From Octopus vulgaris (taxonomy: Eukaryota), in the NCBI GenBank assembly GCA_951406725.2, contig OX597815.1:65100001-65164000 (forward strand): a stretch of 64,000 nucleotides of DNA. The letters run 5' to 3'. Below are positions 25,407 through 37,964 of this stretch, one piece after another (the first letter of the stretch is position 1; each line of letters opens with the position of its first letter). The notes under the pieces are model-generated. The model saw only the letters and a list, made by a program, of their open reading frames with translations. It was not told the origin of the DNA and did no database searches. A program made the position numbers and the translations under genes.

Positions 25407-26770
25407 CATGGAGTGGGCTTTGCAGTAAGGAACAGCTTGCTGAATATGATAGAACCAAACAGCGGTGGCTCTGAGCGACTCCTAGCACTCTGCCTTAACA
25501 CCACTCATCAGTGTGTACGCTCCAACGCTGTCCGCCACTTCGGTCACCAAGGATGAGTTCTACGAGAACCTTGCATTGACCATCAGGAATATACCAAGTG
25601 CCAAACAGTTTGTTTTCCTGGGCGACTTCAACACCAGAGTGCGTGCAGACAACGCCTCGTAGCTCTCTTGCCTTGGTTCGTTTGGAGTGGGAAAACTCAA
25701 TGAGAATGGTCAGCGACTGCTCGAGCTTTGTGTCCTTCACAACCTGTGCATCGCCAACTCCTTCTTCAAAACGAAACCCCAACACAAGGTCTCCTGGAGG
25801 CACCCACACTCAAAGCACTGGCACCAACTGGATCTGATTGTAGTCAGGCGTGCTGCCATAAAAAACGTTCTCCATACATGCTCTTACCACAGTGCGGACT
25901 GTGAGACAGACCACTCTCTAGTATGCTGCAACCAAAAAGGTTCAACAGTGCAAAGAAGCCGGGGACCTTGTGCATTGACGTTAGCAAGATGACTCAACTT
26001 GATCTAGTGGAACAGTTCGCAGAGGCCTTTGAAGAAGTATACAATGCATCACAGGCCAGAGAAGTGGAAAACTCTGCGAGACACCATCCACCGCACCGCC
26101 CTGGCAACTTTTGGGAAGAAAACCTTGAAGCCACATGACTGGTTTGACGCCAAGTCATCCGCTATGAACCCCATCATTGAGGCCAAGCACGCCACACTCA
26201 CAGAATACAAGCAGTCACCCTCTGAGAAAAACCTGCAGATTCTCAAGGCGGCCAGGAGCAAGGTTCAGAACATCGCCAGGCGCTGCGCCAACAAGTACTG
26301 GACAGAGTTCAGTGGGAGGATTCAGGCAGCTGCTGCAACAGGCAACATCAGAGTCATGTACGAGAGTATAAACAAGGCGCTGGGAACAACGCAGAGCAAG
26401 AACGCACCCTCAAATTATTACTGACCGAGTCAGGCAGATGGAGAAATGGGTGGAGCACAACTCTGACCTCTACTCTGGAGAGACAACAGTGACTCCTGCA
26501 GCCCTTGACGCCATGGAAGAGCTCGATGCAGAGCCTACCGTAGACAAGCTCAGTAAAGCTGTTGACAGTTTAACTGCAGGCAAGGCACCAGGCAGCAACA
26601 GTATTCCTCCAGACCTCATCAAGCACTGCAAGTCTAACTTGCTACACCCCTTGCATGAGGTTCTCTGCCAGTGCTGGAAGGAGGGAAGCATGCTGCAAGA
26701 CATGAGGGACGCTAGAATCATCATCCTTTACAAGAACAATGAGGAAAGAAGTAACTGCAACTCCATCCAA
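25407..26770 (+). pseudogene. Decayed RTE/BovB-like LINE (endonuclease to start of RT)
   Basis: Fragments KLNENGQRLLELC..NSFFKTKPQHKVSWRHPHSKHWHQLDL, PHDWFD and GKAPGSNSIPPDL..DMRDARIIILYK, with frameshifts. Confidence 0.88.
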
Positions 26771-26796
26771 GCGGGATCACTGCCAGAGCAGTTGTC

Positions 26797-27146
26797 TGGC
26801 TTCCATGCCAGTGGCATGTAAAAAGCACCATTTGAGCGTGATTGTTACCAGCGTCGCCTTACTGGCACTTGAACAAAACATTCAAGCAAGGTTGTTGCCA
26901 GTGTCACTGGAAAACACCATTCGAGCATAGCCGTTGCCAGTACCACCAGACTGGCCCTCATGCCGGTGGCACGTAAAAGCACCCACTACACTCTCGAAGT
27001 GTTTGGTGTTAGGAAGGGCATCCAGCTGTAGAAACTCTGCCAGAACAGATTGGAGCCTGGTGCAGTCATCCGGTTCGCCAGTTCTCAGTCAAATCGTCCA
27101 ACCCATGCTAGCATGGAAAGCGGACGTTAAATGATGATGATGATGA

Positions 27147-27150
<4 letters not shown>
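26797..27150 (+). mobile_element. RTE-type 3' module with (ATG)n tail
   Basis: Matches the 6321 and 57698 modules; ends catggaaagcggacgttaa(atg)n then (TA)n. Confidence 0.8.
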
Positions 27151-27213
<63 letters not shown>

Positions 27214-27315
27214 CATACACACATATATACTTATATATATACATACATACACATACATACATATGCATACATACATACATATATATATACATACATATAT
27301 ATATACAATTTCCAA

Positions 27316-27921
27316 GAAGTTGTTGGAAATTATAGAGAATATTCTCTTACATAACTTACCCCTAACTGCTAAGTTGAAAGGTATGTTGAACCATATATAT
27401 TTGCGTAATCTACTATTATCCCTTCTATTTCTCCTAATAGGATCTATATTGTTCTCGTCGGGAGGGTTACTATTGTGTGCTGTTCTATTATAAAACCATC
27501 CGAACGTGGCCGTAGCCAGTACCGCATCGACTGGCCTCCGTGCTGTGGGCACATAACAAACACCATCCGATCGTGGCCGTTCGCCAGCCTCATCTGGCAC
27601 CTGTGTCAGTGGCACATAAAAAACACCATCCGAGCGTGGCCGTCTGCCAGCCTCATCTGGCACCTGTGTCGGTGGCACATAAAAACACCATCCGAGCGTG
27701 GCCGTTCGCCAGCCTCGTCTGGCACCTGTGTCGGTGGCACATAAAATCACCCACTACACTCTCGGAGTGGTTGGCGTTAGGAAGGGCATCCAGCTGTAGA
27801 AACACTGCCAGATCTGACTGGCCTGGTGCAGCCTTCGGGCTCCCCAGACCCCAGTTGAACCGTCCAACCCATGCTAGCATGGAAAGCGGACGTTAAATGA
27901 TGATGATGATGATGATGATGA
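27316..27921. repeat. Left arm of ~600-bp inverted duplication (Penelope fragment + RTE 3' module)
   Basis: Reverse complement of 43335-43932; the mirrored ORF-track translations differ by about one residue. Confidence 0.92.
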
Positions 27922-28021
27922 TACATACATATATATATACATATATATACATATACATACATATATATATACATATATATACATATACATATATATACAT
28001 ATACATACATATATATATACA

Positions 28022-29198
28022 CTAGCAGTATCGCCCGGCGTTGCTCGGGTTGTAAGGGAAATAACTATATAAGCATTTTTAGAGAGTTATAGCCCAAAAA
28101 TAGCAAAAAAATGCATTAAAGATTGAAAAAAAATTAAGGTAAATTTTTTTTTTTAAATCGTTGACACATCATAGATATTTTTAGAGAGTTACTTCCCTTA
28201 TATAAAAGCGAAAAAATGCATTAAAATGGAAATATATGATGGTAAATTTTTTTTAAATCGTAGACTCATCGTAGACGCGCGCTAATACCCAGAAGGGCTC
28301 GATATGAATCACGACTATAAGATACCCGCTTTTGGTTAAACTGCACCGCAAAATGTGGGAGTAGTTACGAATCTAAATCGTAGGAGACAGACACACAACT
28401 TCACTCTTATATAAAGATGCTTCTTTTTTTCAGTCATAGAGTTAGATTTATGAAGGTCTTGAGTAGAAAATCCTTCGAATTCTGACTCGCTGCTTGATAT
28501 AATGAAATTCGTATCCATTTTTTGTCAGAATTAAAAATTTTGAAAACACAACAGGAACAAATTTCGGAAAAAAATCTCCCATAATTCACGGAATTAAAAT
28601 TACACTTCGATTTTTGTACAAAACTGTATTTGAAGTGTTTACGAAGTATAATACGTGTTTTCACGAATGTACTAAAGAGATTTACTCTGATATTCTCATT
28701 TAAATATGAATAGGTAAATTCGGGCGGTTTGGTAACGAAAGGGTTTATATAAGTGTCGTCTGTTTATACATAAACACTGTTTCATACTTTCAGTTTAGTC
28801 TTGCTCAAATCACTCTGTCGCTAATTTACTCTCTTCCAAGAACATTTTCACTCACTGTTATCTGTTAGCTTCCCATACATTTTACTCATGTATCTATCAG
28901 CGTGATAGACAGAAACAAATATTACATTTACTTTCATTTTATTCGTCGCACACTGTGTGTGTGCGTTTGGGTGTGGTGTAAACCAGACTAAGAAAAGCAT
29001 TTGACACACACACCAGAATGTGAGTTTTCTGTAAATTTTGCTTAATTGGAGTTTAAATTTTAAAAACTGGACCTGGCATGACGCGATGCATTGTACTCTC
29101 AAAAATGCTAGGTAAATTGTAATTGAAGAAATCCTATATTGTAGATTTGTATAACTCCCAAAGGGAGGCAGATAAAATCTGCCTTTTATAATAAGAGA
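28022..29198 (-). mobile_element. Composite Helitron unit 1: B-type 5' end, captured piggyBac-MITE half, and ~396-bp core element (28022-28417)
   Basis: Minus strand 5' end A|TCTCTTATTATAAAAGG at 29198, an internal second 5' end A|TCTTTATATAAG at 28417, and 3' end cccgagcaacgccggg-cgatactg-CTAG|T at 28022. Confidence 0.8.
28418..28743. mobile_element. Right part of a piggyBac-type MITE
   Basis: Ends GTAACGAAAGGG (28732-28743), the reverse complement of the TIR at 30599. Body homologous to about 31062-31378. Confidence 0.7.
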
Positions 29199-29343
29199 TA
29201 TATACATATACATACATATATATATATATATATATACATATATACATACATATATATATATACACATACATACATATACATATATATACATATACATACA
29301 TATATATATATATACATATACATACATATATATATATATACAT

Positions 29344-29384
<41 letters not shown>

Positions 29385-29444
29385 CATACATATATATATA
29401 TATATATACATACATATATATATATATACATATACATACATATA

Positions 29445-29738
29445 TAACGGGAAGCTTTATGAAAATAAACAAAAGACGAAGGCAGGTGGAAAACAAACGA
29501 ACAATTGTATTAGTATGGCGCTCAGGAAATATAAATAAAACAAGTCTTTAACGTTTCGAGCCTACGCTCTTCAACAGAAAGATACACAGAGAGAAAAACA
29601 CAGAAAGAAGGAGAGAAAAAAATGCGTGCAGTAGCTAACGAATCAACATGGCGATCTGATTTCGGCCAGAGGTCAAAGATCAAACATGAGACGCGAGAGC
29701 GAAATAAGGGGAGATAATAGGGTTGATAAAAGGGTTGA
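29445..29738 (-). mobile_element. Short Penelope pLTR-like element with a minimal hammerhead-like motif at 29545-29582
   Basis: Minus strand reads tcttt-CTGTTGA-a-gagc gtag gctc-GAAA-cgtt-aaaga. Flanked by microsatellite. Confidence 0.65.
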
Positions 29739-29745
29739 TATACAT

Positions 29746-29784
<39 letters not shown>

Positions 29785-30090
29785 CATACATATATATATA
29801 TACATATACATACATACATATATATATATATACATATATATATATACATATACATACATATATATATATACATATACATACATATATATATATACATATA
29901 TATATATACGTATACATACATATATATATATACATATACATACGTATACATACATATATATATATACATATACATACGTATACATACATATATATATATA
30001 TACATATACATACATATATATATATACATATACATATATATATATATACATATACATATATATATACATATACATACATATATATATACA

Positions 30091-32036
30091 CTAGCAGTAT
30101 CGCCCGGCGTTGCTCGGGTTTGTAAGGGAAATAACTATATAAGCATTTTTAGAGAGTTATAGCCAAAAAATAGCAAAAAAATGCATTAAAAATTGAAAAA
30201 AAATTAAGGTAATTTTTTTTTAAATCGTTGACACATCGTAGATATTTTTAGAGAGTTACTTCCCTTATATAATAACGAAAAATATGCATTAAAATGGAAA
30301 AATATGATGGTAAATTTTTTTAAATCGTAGACTCATCGTAGACGCGCGCTAATACCCAGAAGGGCTCGATATGAATCACGACTATAAGATACCCGCTTTT
30401 GGTTAAACTACACCGCAAAATGTGGGAGTAGTTACGAATCTAAATCGTAGGAGACAGACACACAACTTCACTCTTATATATAAATATATAAGCCACGTAG
30501 TTATATACACATACTTTGTTATATACACATTCTTAAAAGAAAATGTTATTTTGAACACAACATTTACAAAGAATAAAATATTTTTTGGTTTTTCTTAACC
30601 CTTTCGTTACTATATTTCTGACCAAAATACACACCTTATGTGTTTCAATTAATTTCTAACGTAATCATAAATTTAGTCTGATTTCATTAAACAACTATAA
30701 CTTTTTTATTTATGAATACATTAATCTGATTTTTGGAAGATAATTTAGTGAAATGTTCTCAACCAATTCTATACTATAATTTTTGTCACAAAGTGACTCT
30801 AATTGCAGGTAGATACAGGTAAATTCAACAATATATAAAATTATTAAAATTTTGTTCAAACATCGCTATAGAAAATGGGTTATTAGCTAATATTCAATTG
30901 GGTATACAACAAAATTTTACGATAGAATTTGTTATTCTGGGTAACTTTCTAATACCCATAATAATATTTATGGCAAAATAGGCCTTAATTTCATTTAAGG
31001 TTGTGGGAAATAACAAACTATCGTTTCTTTCGCTTTGTTTAAGGTTGAGATCAAATACCACATGCTTTTTTTTTCAGTCATAGAGTTAGATTTATGAAGG
31101 TCTTCAGTAGAAAATCCTTCGAATTCTGACTCGCTGCTTGATATAATGAAATTCGTATCCATTTTTTGGCAGAATTACAAATTTTGAAAACACAATAGGA
31201 ACAAATTTCGGAAAAAAATCTCCCATAATTCACGGAATTAAAATTACACTTCGATTTTTGTACAAAACTGTAGTTGAACTGTTTACGAAGTATAATCACT
31301 TGTTTTCACGAATATACTAAAGAGATTTGCTCTGATATTCTCATTTAAATATGAATAGTTAAATTCGGGCGGCTTGGTCACATTAACCAAAATTTTTTCG
31401 GGCGGTTTATATATACAGAGTAAAATAAAAACCAATTTACCTTTTCTGTATTGTTATTCGAACGTCCGTGTGTCTTTGCAAATGTGTTGGAATGATAAGT
31501 GAGTTGTGATTTGGCGCCTTTTTTTACTAATAACAAACACACACGTGTTTGTATGTAGTTGTTTGAAACGTTTGTGTTTGCCACTCTCATATATGTATGT
31601 GTATGCGTGTGTGTGAGGAATGACACACACACACACTCACGCACGCACACATGTACATCAATGCTTTTATGAGCGTCATAGAGAGAAACAAATATTACAT
31701 CGCCATCGCCATAGCCATCGCCATCGCCATCGCATTCTATTTTCTACCTGTCAACACACAGTGAATTAGTTTCAGTTTATTCATTGCACACTGTGTGTGT
31801 GCGTTTGCGTGTGCTGTAAACCAGACTAAGAAAAGCATTTGACACACACACCAGAATGTGAGTTTTCTGTAAATTTTGCTTAATTGGAGTTTAAATTTTA
31901 AAAACTGGACCTGGCATGACGCGATGCATTGTACTCTTAAAACTGCTAGGTAAATTGTAATTGAAGAAATCCTATATTGTAGATTTGTATAACTCCCAAA
32001 GGGAGGCAGATAAAATCTGCCTTTTATAAAAAGAGA
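30091..32036 (-). mobile_element. Composite Helitron unit 2
   Basis: Same CTAG/hairpin 3' end at 30091, core element to about 30490, B-type 5' end at 32036. Carries the piggyBac MITE at 30599-31380. Confidence 0.75.
30599..31380. mobile_element. piggyBac-type MITE with damaged right TIR
   Basis: Left end TTAA|CCCTTTCGTTAC; shares ~320 bp with 28418-28743. Confidence 0.7.
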
Positions 32037-32345
32037 TATACATACATATACATACATATACATACATATATATATATACATATACATACATATATATATA
32101 CATATACATACATATACATACATATATATATATACATATACATACATATATATATACATATACATACATATACATACATATATATATATATACATATACA
32201 TACATATATACATACATATACATACATATATATATACATATACATATATATATACATATACATACATATATATATACATACATATATATATACATACATA
32301 TATATATACATACATATATATATACATATACATATATATATACAT

Positions 32346-32376
<31 letters not shown>

Positions 32377-32387
32377 CATATACATAC

Positions 32388-32420
<33 letters not shown>

Positions 32421-32853
32421 CATATACATACATATATATATACATACATACATATATATATACATACATATACATATATATATACATACATATACATACA
32501 TATATATATACATATACATACATACATATATATATACATACATACATATATATATATATACATACATATATATATATATATACATACATATACATACATA
32601 TATATATACATACATATACATACATATATATATACATACATATACATACATATATATATATATATATACATATATATATACATACATATACATACATATA
32701 TATATACATACATATACATACATATATATATATATATACATATACATACATATATATATACATACATATATATACATATACATACATACATATATATACA
32801 TATATATACATACATATATATACATATACATACATACATATATATACATATAC

Positions 32854-32886
<33 letters not shown>

Positions 32887-33190
32887 CATATACATACATA
32901 TACATACATACATACATATATATACATATACATACATACATATATATATATACATACATACATATATATATATACATAAACATACATACATATATATATA
33001 TACATAAACATACATACATATATATATATATACATATACATACATATATATATATATACATACATATATACATATACATACATATATATATATATATACA
33101 TATACATACATATATATATACATATACATATATACATATACATATATACATACATACATATATATATATATACATATACATACATATATA

Positions 33191-34041
33191 AATCCTTAAA
33201 TCCTTAAAATGTTTTAGCCCGAAGGCCGCGGCCATGCTGGGGCACCACCGCTGAATGAGCTACACTAGTTTGTGAATCCACCTCTGATACGTGGCACTTG
33301 ATCAACAAGGGAGTTCGATGCTGCTGCCCGCATCCGTGTCTCCTGTCGTGAGGTAGGTTCATCTGGGACTCCCAACAAGAAGAGATCCAGTTTAGTTTTA
33401 AAGAAACCCACATCCACACCATGTAAGTCTCTCAGGCATTTAGGGAGGATGTTAAAGAGCTGTGGTCCTCTGAAACCCAAGCTGTTGCAGTATCTGGACC
33501 TGTATTTTGATGGTGATGTTGGAATCCTTGGCACCACGCAGCGGCGCCCCGTTCTGCGGTTGGAGTAACTTTGAATGCCAAAGTTTGGGACAAGACCCTC
33601 CAGGATTTTCCAGATGTATATCACTGCATATCTCTCCCGCCTCCGCTCCAGGGAGAAGAGGTTTAATACCTTCAGTCTTTCCCAGTAGCTGACATTTTGC
33701 ATTGAGACGATTTTCTTTGTGTAGCTTCTCTGAGTTGCTTCGAGTTCTGCTGTTTGTTTTATATTGTGTGGTGACCAAAGTTGGGAGCAGTAGTCCAAGC
33801 GGCTGAGGACAAATGTTTTCCATAGGACCATCAGTGTCTCCTTCTCTCTTGTTCTGAAAGTTCGGAGAATCCATCCAGCTAGCCGTCTGCATTTTATCAC
33901 CAGATTAGCAATATGCATTTGGAAAGATGCATCATTGCTCATGTCAATGCCCAGGTCACGCACTGATTTTGACTCAGGGATTGCAATTCTTCCTGGGCCA
34001 GTGTATCCAGTATGCACGTCATTTACCTTTGTGTGCCAATG
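33191..34041 (-). mobile_element. 5'-truncated CR1-group LINE, 3' end (relative of the 37965-41073 element)
   Basis: Encodes ..[51 protein letters not shown]. 3' UTR gtgccccagcatggcc, followed by a TTTAAGGA repeat tail. Confidence 0.9.
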
Positions 34042-34286
34042 TACATACATACATATATATGTACATACATACATATATATATACATATACATACATATAT
34101 ATATATATATACATATACATACATATATATATATATACATACATACATATACATACATACATATATATACATATACATACATACATATATATACATATAC
34201 ATACATACATATATATATATATATACATACATACATATATATACATACATACATACATATATATACATATACATATATATATATAT

Positions 34287-34325
<39 letters not shown>

Positions 34326-34348
34326 CATACATGTATATATACATACAT

Positions 34349-34381
<33 letters not shown>

Positions 34382-34455
34382 CATATACATACATACATAT
34401 ACATATATACATATACATACATACATATATATATATACATATACATACATACATA

Positions 34456-34528
<73 letters not shown>

Positions 34529-34583
34529 ACATACATATATATATATATATACACATACATATATATATATATACACATACATA

Positions 34584-34624
<41 letters not shown>

Positions 34625-34805
34625 ACATACATATATATATATATATACACATACATATATATATATATACACATACATATATATATATATACACATACAT
34701 ATATATATCTACATACATACATATATATATATACATACATATATATATATACATATATACATATACATACATACATATATATATATACATATACATACAT
34801 ACATA

Positions 34806-34837
<32 letters not shown>

Positions 34838-35219
34838 CATATACATACATATATATATATACATATATATATATATACACATACATATATATATATACAC
34901 ATACATATATATATATACACATACATATATATATCTACATACATATATATATATACATACATACATATATATATACATACATACATATATATATATACAT
35001 ACATACATATATATATACATACATATATATATATACATACATACATATATATATATACATACATATATATATATATACATATATATACATACATATATAC
35101 ATATATATACATACATATATATATATATATACATATATATACATACATATATATATACATATACATACATACATATATATATATATATACATATACATAC
35201 ATCTATATATATATATACA

Positions 35220-36098
35220 CTAGCAGTATCGCCCGGCGTTGCTTGGGTTTGTAAGAGAAATAACTATATAAGCATTTTTAGAGAGTTATAGCCAAAAAAT
35301 GGCAAAAAAATTATGGTAAATCTTTTTAAAAATCGTTGACTCATCGTAGACATTTTTAGAGAGTTACTTCCCTTATATAATAGCGAAAAATGCATTAAAA
35401 TGGAAAAAAATTATGGTAAATTTTTTTTTTAATCGTGGACTCATCGTAGACGCGCGCTAATACCCAGAAGGGCTCGATATGAATCACGACTATAAGATAC
35501 CCAGTTTTGGTTAAACTAAACCGCAAAATGTGGGAGTAGTTAGGAATCTAAATCATAGGAGACAGACACACAACTTGACTTTTATATATAAAGACTAGCA
35601 GTATCGCCCGGCGTTGCTCGGGTTTGTAAGGAAAATAACTATATAAGCATTTTTAGAGTTACTTCCTTTATAGATGCCAATTCGGGCTTTCTTAGCAATT
35701 TCTGTTTTGGTGTCTTCAAGCCATGAAGTCGTTGTTCTAAAAGAACGCTGGTCTCCTTGACAACGCATTACGACGTTGATTTCCTTAAACTCCCTTCCCC
35801 ACAGCTTCACGAGGGAGGGAAGAAGGGGGAGAAGCAAGCACAGGTGCAGGTGTTTGAGCGTGGACGCCAACTCCGCCGCCATCGACACACGAAAAATTAT
35901 GCATTAAAATGGAATAAAAAATTATGTTAAATTATTTTTAAAATCGTAGATGCGCGCTAATAGTCAGACGGGCTCGATATGAATCACGACTATAATATAC
36001 CCGATTTTTGGTTAAACTGCACCGCAAAATGTGGGAGGAGTAGGAATCTAAATCATAGGAGACAGACACTCACACAACTACAGTTTTATATATATAGA
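35220..36098 (-). mobile_element. Two Helitron core elements in head-to-tail tandem (35220-35594 and 35595-36098)
   Basis: Two CTAG/hairpin 3' ends (35220, 35595) and two TC 5' ends (35594, 36098). The second copy has a different ~230-bp interior. Confidence 0.85.
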
Positions 36099-36340
36099 TA
36101 TACATACGTACATACATATATATATACATACATACATATATATATATACATACATATACATACATATACATATATATATATATACATACATATACATACA
36201 TACATATATATATATACATATACATACATACATATATATATATACATATACATACATACATACATATATATATATATACATACATATACATATATATATA
36301 TATACATACATATACATACATATATATATATACATACATA

Positions 36341-36478
36341 GCACGATATTTTGTCAGTGAACAGGTGGCGGTCTCAAAGCGACGAAAATATTTTGGCAAA
36401 TTAAATTTAAATGTTGAAGTGAATGTAACGGTTTTTGTGTGTTTCTTAAATGGCTTACAAACACCTTCCACGCTGCAA
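36341..36478 (+). mobile_element. Short pLTR-like fragment between microsatellites
   Basis: Three-stem hammerhead-like layout at 36350-36400 with GAAA and palindromic AAAATATTTT, but a non-canonical core; ends in (TA)n. Confidence 0.35.
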
Positions 36479-36491
36479 TATATATATACAC

Positions 36492-36523
<32 letters not shown>

Positions 36524-36569
36524 GTATGTGTGTATATGTGTATGCATGTATGTGTGTGTGTGTGTGTGT

Positions 36570-36790
36570 GCGTGTCTGTGCTTGTGATTGTCCTCCACCA
36601 CTGCTTGACAACGAATGTTGGTTTGTTTACATCCCTGTCACCTAGTGGTTTGACAAAGGAAACAGATAGAATAAGTACAATGCTTACAAAAATAAAACTG
36701 GAGTTGATTCATTAAACTACAATTCTTCAAGGCATTGCCCCAGCATGGCCACAGACCAATGGCTGGAAAAAGCAGAAGAATAAAAGAATA
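36570..36790 (+). mobile_element. SINE 3' half with CR1-group-like tail
   Basis: ...tgccccagcatggccacagaccaatggctggaaaaagcagaagaataaaagaata; homologous to 13534-13720. Confidence 0.7.
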
Positions 36791-36855
36791 CATTCTCTGC
36801 TTTGGTCATATGTTGAAGGCATGAGAAAGCTTGAGTTTACATGAGAAGGCCTAAC

Positions 36856-37338
36856 AGACCTGGTAGAAACAGCAGCCAAATCTCCCTCAAATCACACCTT
36901 ACTGTCTTATGTATGTATATATATATATGAGCCAATGAGGGGGACCTCTACATGGTAGCTAGACCTGGTAGAAATAGCAGCCAAATTTCCCCCAAATCAC
37001 ACCTTACTGTCTTATCTATGTATATATGTATGTATGAGCCTATGAGGGAGACCCCTCATGGCAGCTAGACCTGGTAGAAATAGCAGCCAAATTTCCCCCA
37101 AATCACACCTTACTGTCTTATCTATGTATATATGTATGTATGAGCCTATGAGGGAGACCCCTACATGGCAGCTAGACCTGGTAGAAATAGCAGCCAAATT
37201 TCCCCCAAATCACACCTTACTGTCTTATCTATGTATATATATGTATGTATGAGCCTATGAGGGAGACCCCTACATGGCAGCTAGACATGGTAGAAATAAC
37301 AGCCAAATCTCCCTCAAATCACACCTTACTGTCTTATC
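36856..37338 (+). repeat. Tandem repeat, ~4.5 copies of a 105-109-bp unit
   Basis: agac(c/a)tggtagaaa recurs at 36856, 36961, 37067, 37174 and 37283. Confidence 0.92.
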
Positions 37339-37570
37339 TTTCTGCTACTTGGATATAGGTGTTATATTCGTCGTAAAAAAACTTTCCTGTCACACACTCA
37401 CGCACACGCACACACACACACACACACGCACCCTCACACACACACACGCGCACACCCACACACACCCAGTCACACACACGCACGTTAGCTTACAATTTTA
37501 TTTATATATTTGCGTGTCTGTGTGGAAAGAAGAAGTGGGAGGCAGAGTGAAAGAATCACTCACTACAGTA

Positions 37571-37847
37571 AGTGAATTAGTTTCATTTTATTCGTTGCCC
37601 ACTGTGTGTGTGCGTTTGCGTGTGGTGTAAACCAGACTAAGAAAAGCATTTGACACACACACCAGAATGTGAGTTTTCTGTAAATTTTGCTTAACTGGAG
37701 TTTAAATTTTAAAAACTGGAGCTGGCATGACGCGATGCATTGTACTCTTAAAAATGCAAGGTAAATTGTAATTGAAGAAATCCTATATTGTAGATTTGTA
37801 TAACTCCCAAAGGGAGGCAGATAAAATCTGCCTTTTATAATAAGAGA
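37571..37847 (-). mobile_element. B-type Helitron 5' segment, third copy
   Basis: Near-identical to 28933-29198 and 31761-32036; A|TC terminus with a subterminal aggcagat-aaa-atctgcct hairpin. Confidence 0.75.
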
Positions 37848-37928
37848 TAAATATATATATATATACATATACATACATACATATATATATATATATACAT
37901 ATACATACATACATATATATACATACAT

Positions 37929-37959
<31 letters not shown>

Positions 37960-37964
37960 CATAT

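Noticed and set aside
28336-28518. Short ORF MDTNFIISSSESEFEGFS as a host gene
   Set aside because: It lies within a repeated piggyBac-type MITE and runs into a Helitron; at most a transposase N-terminal relic.
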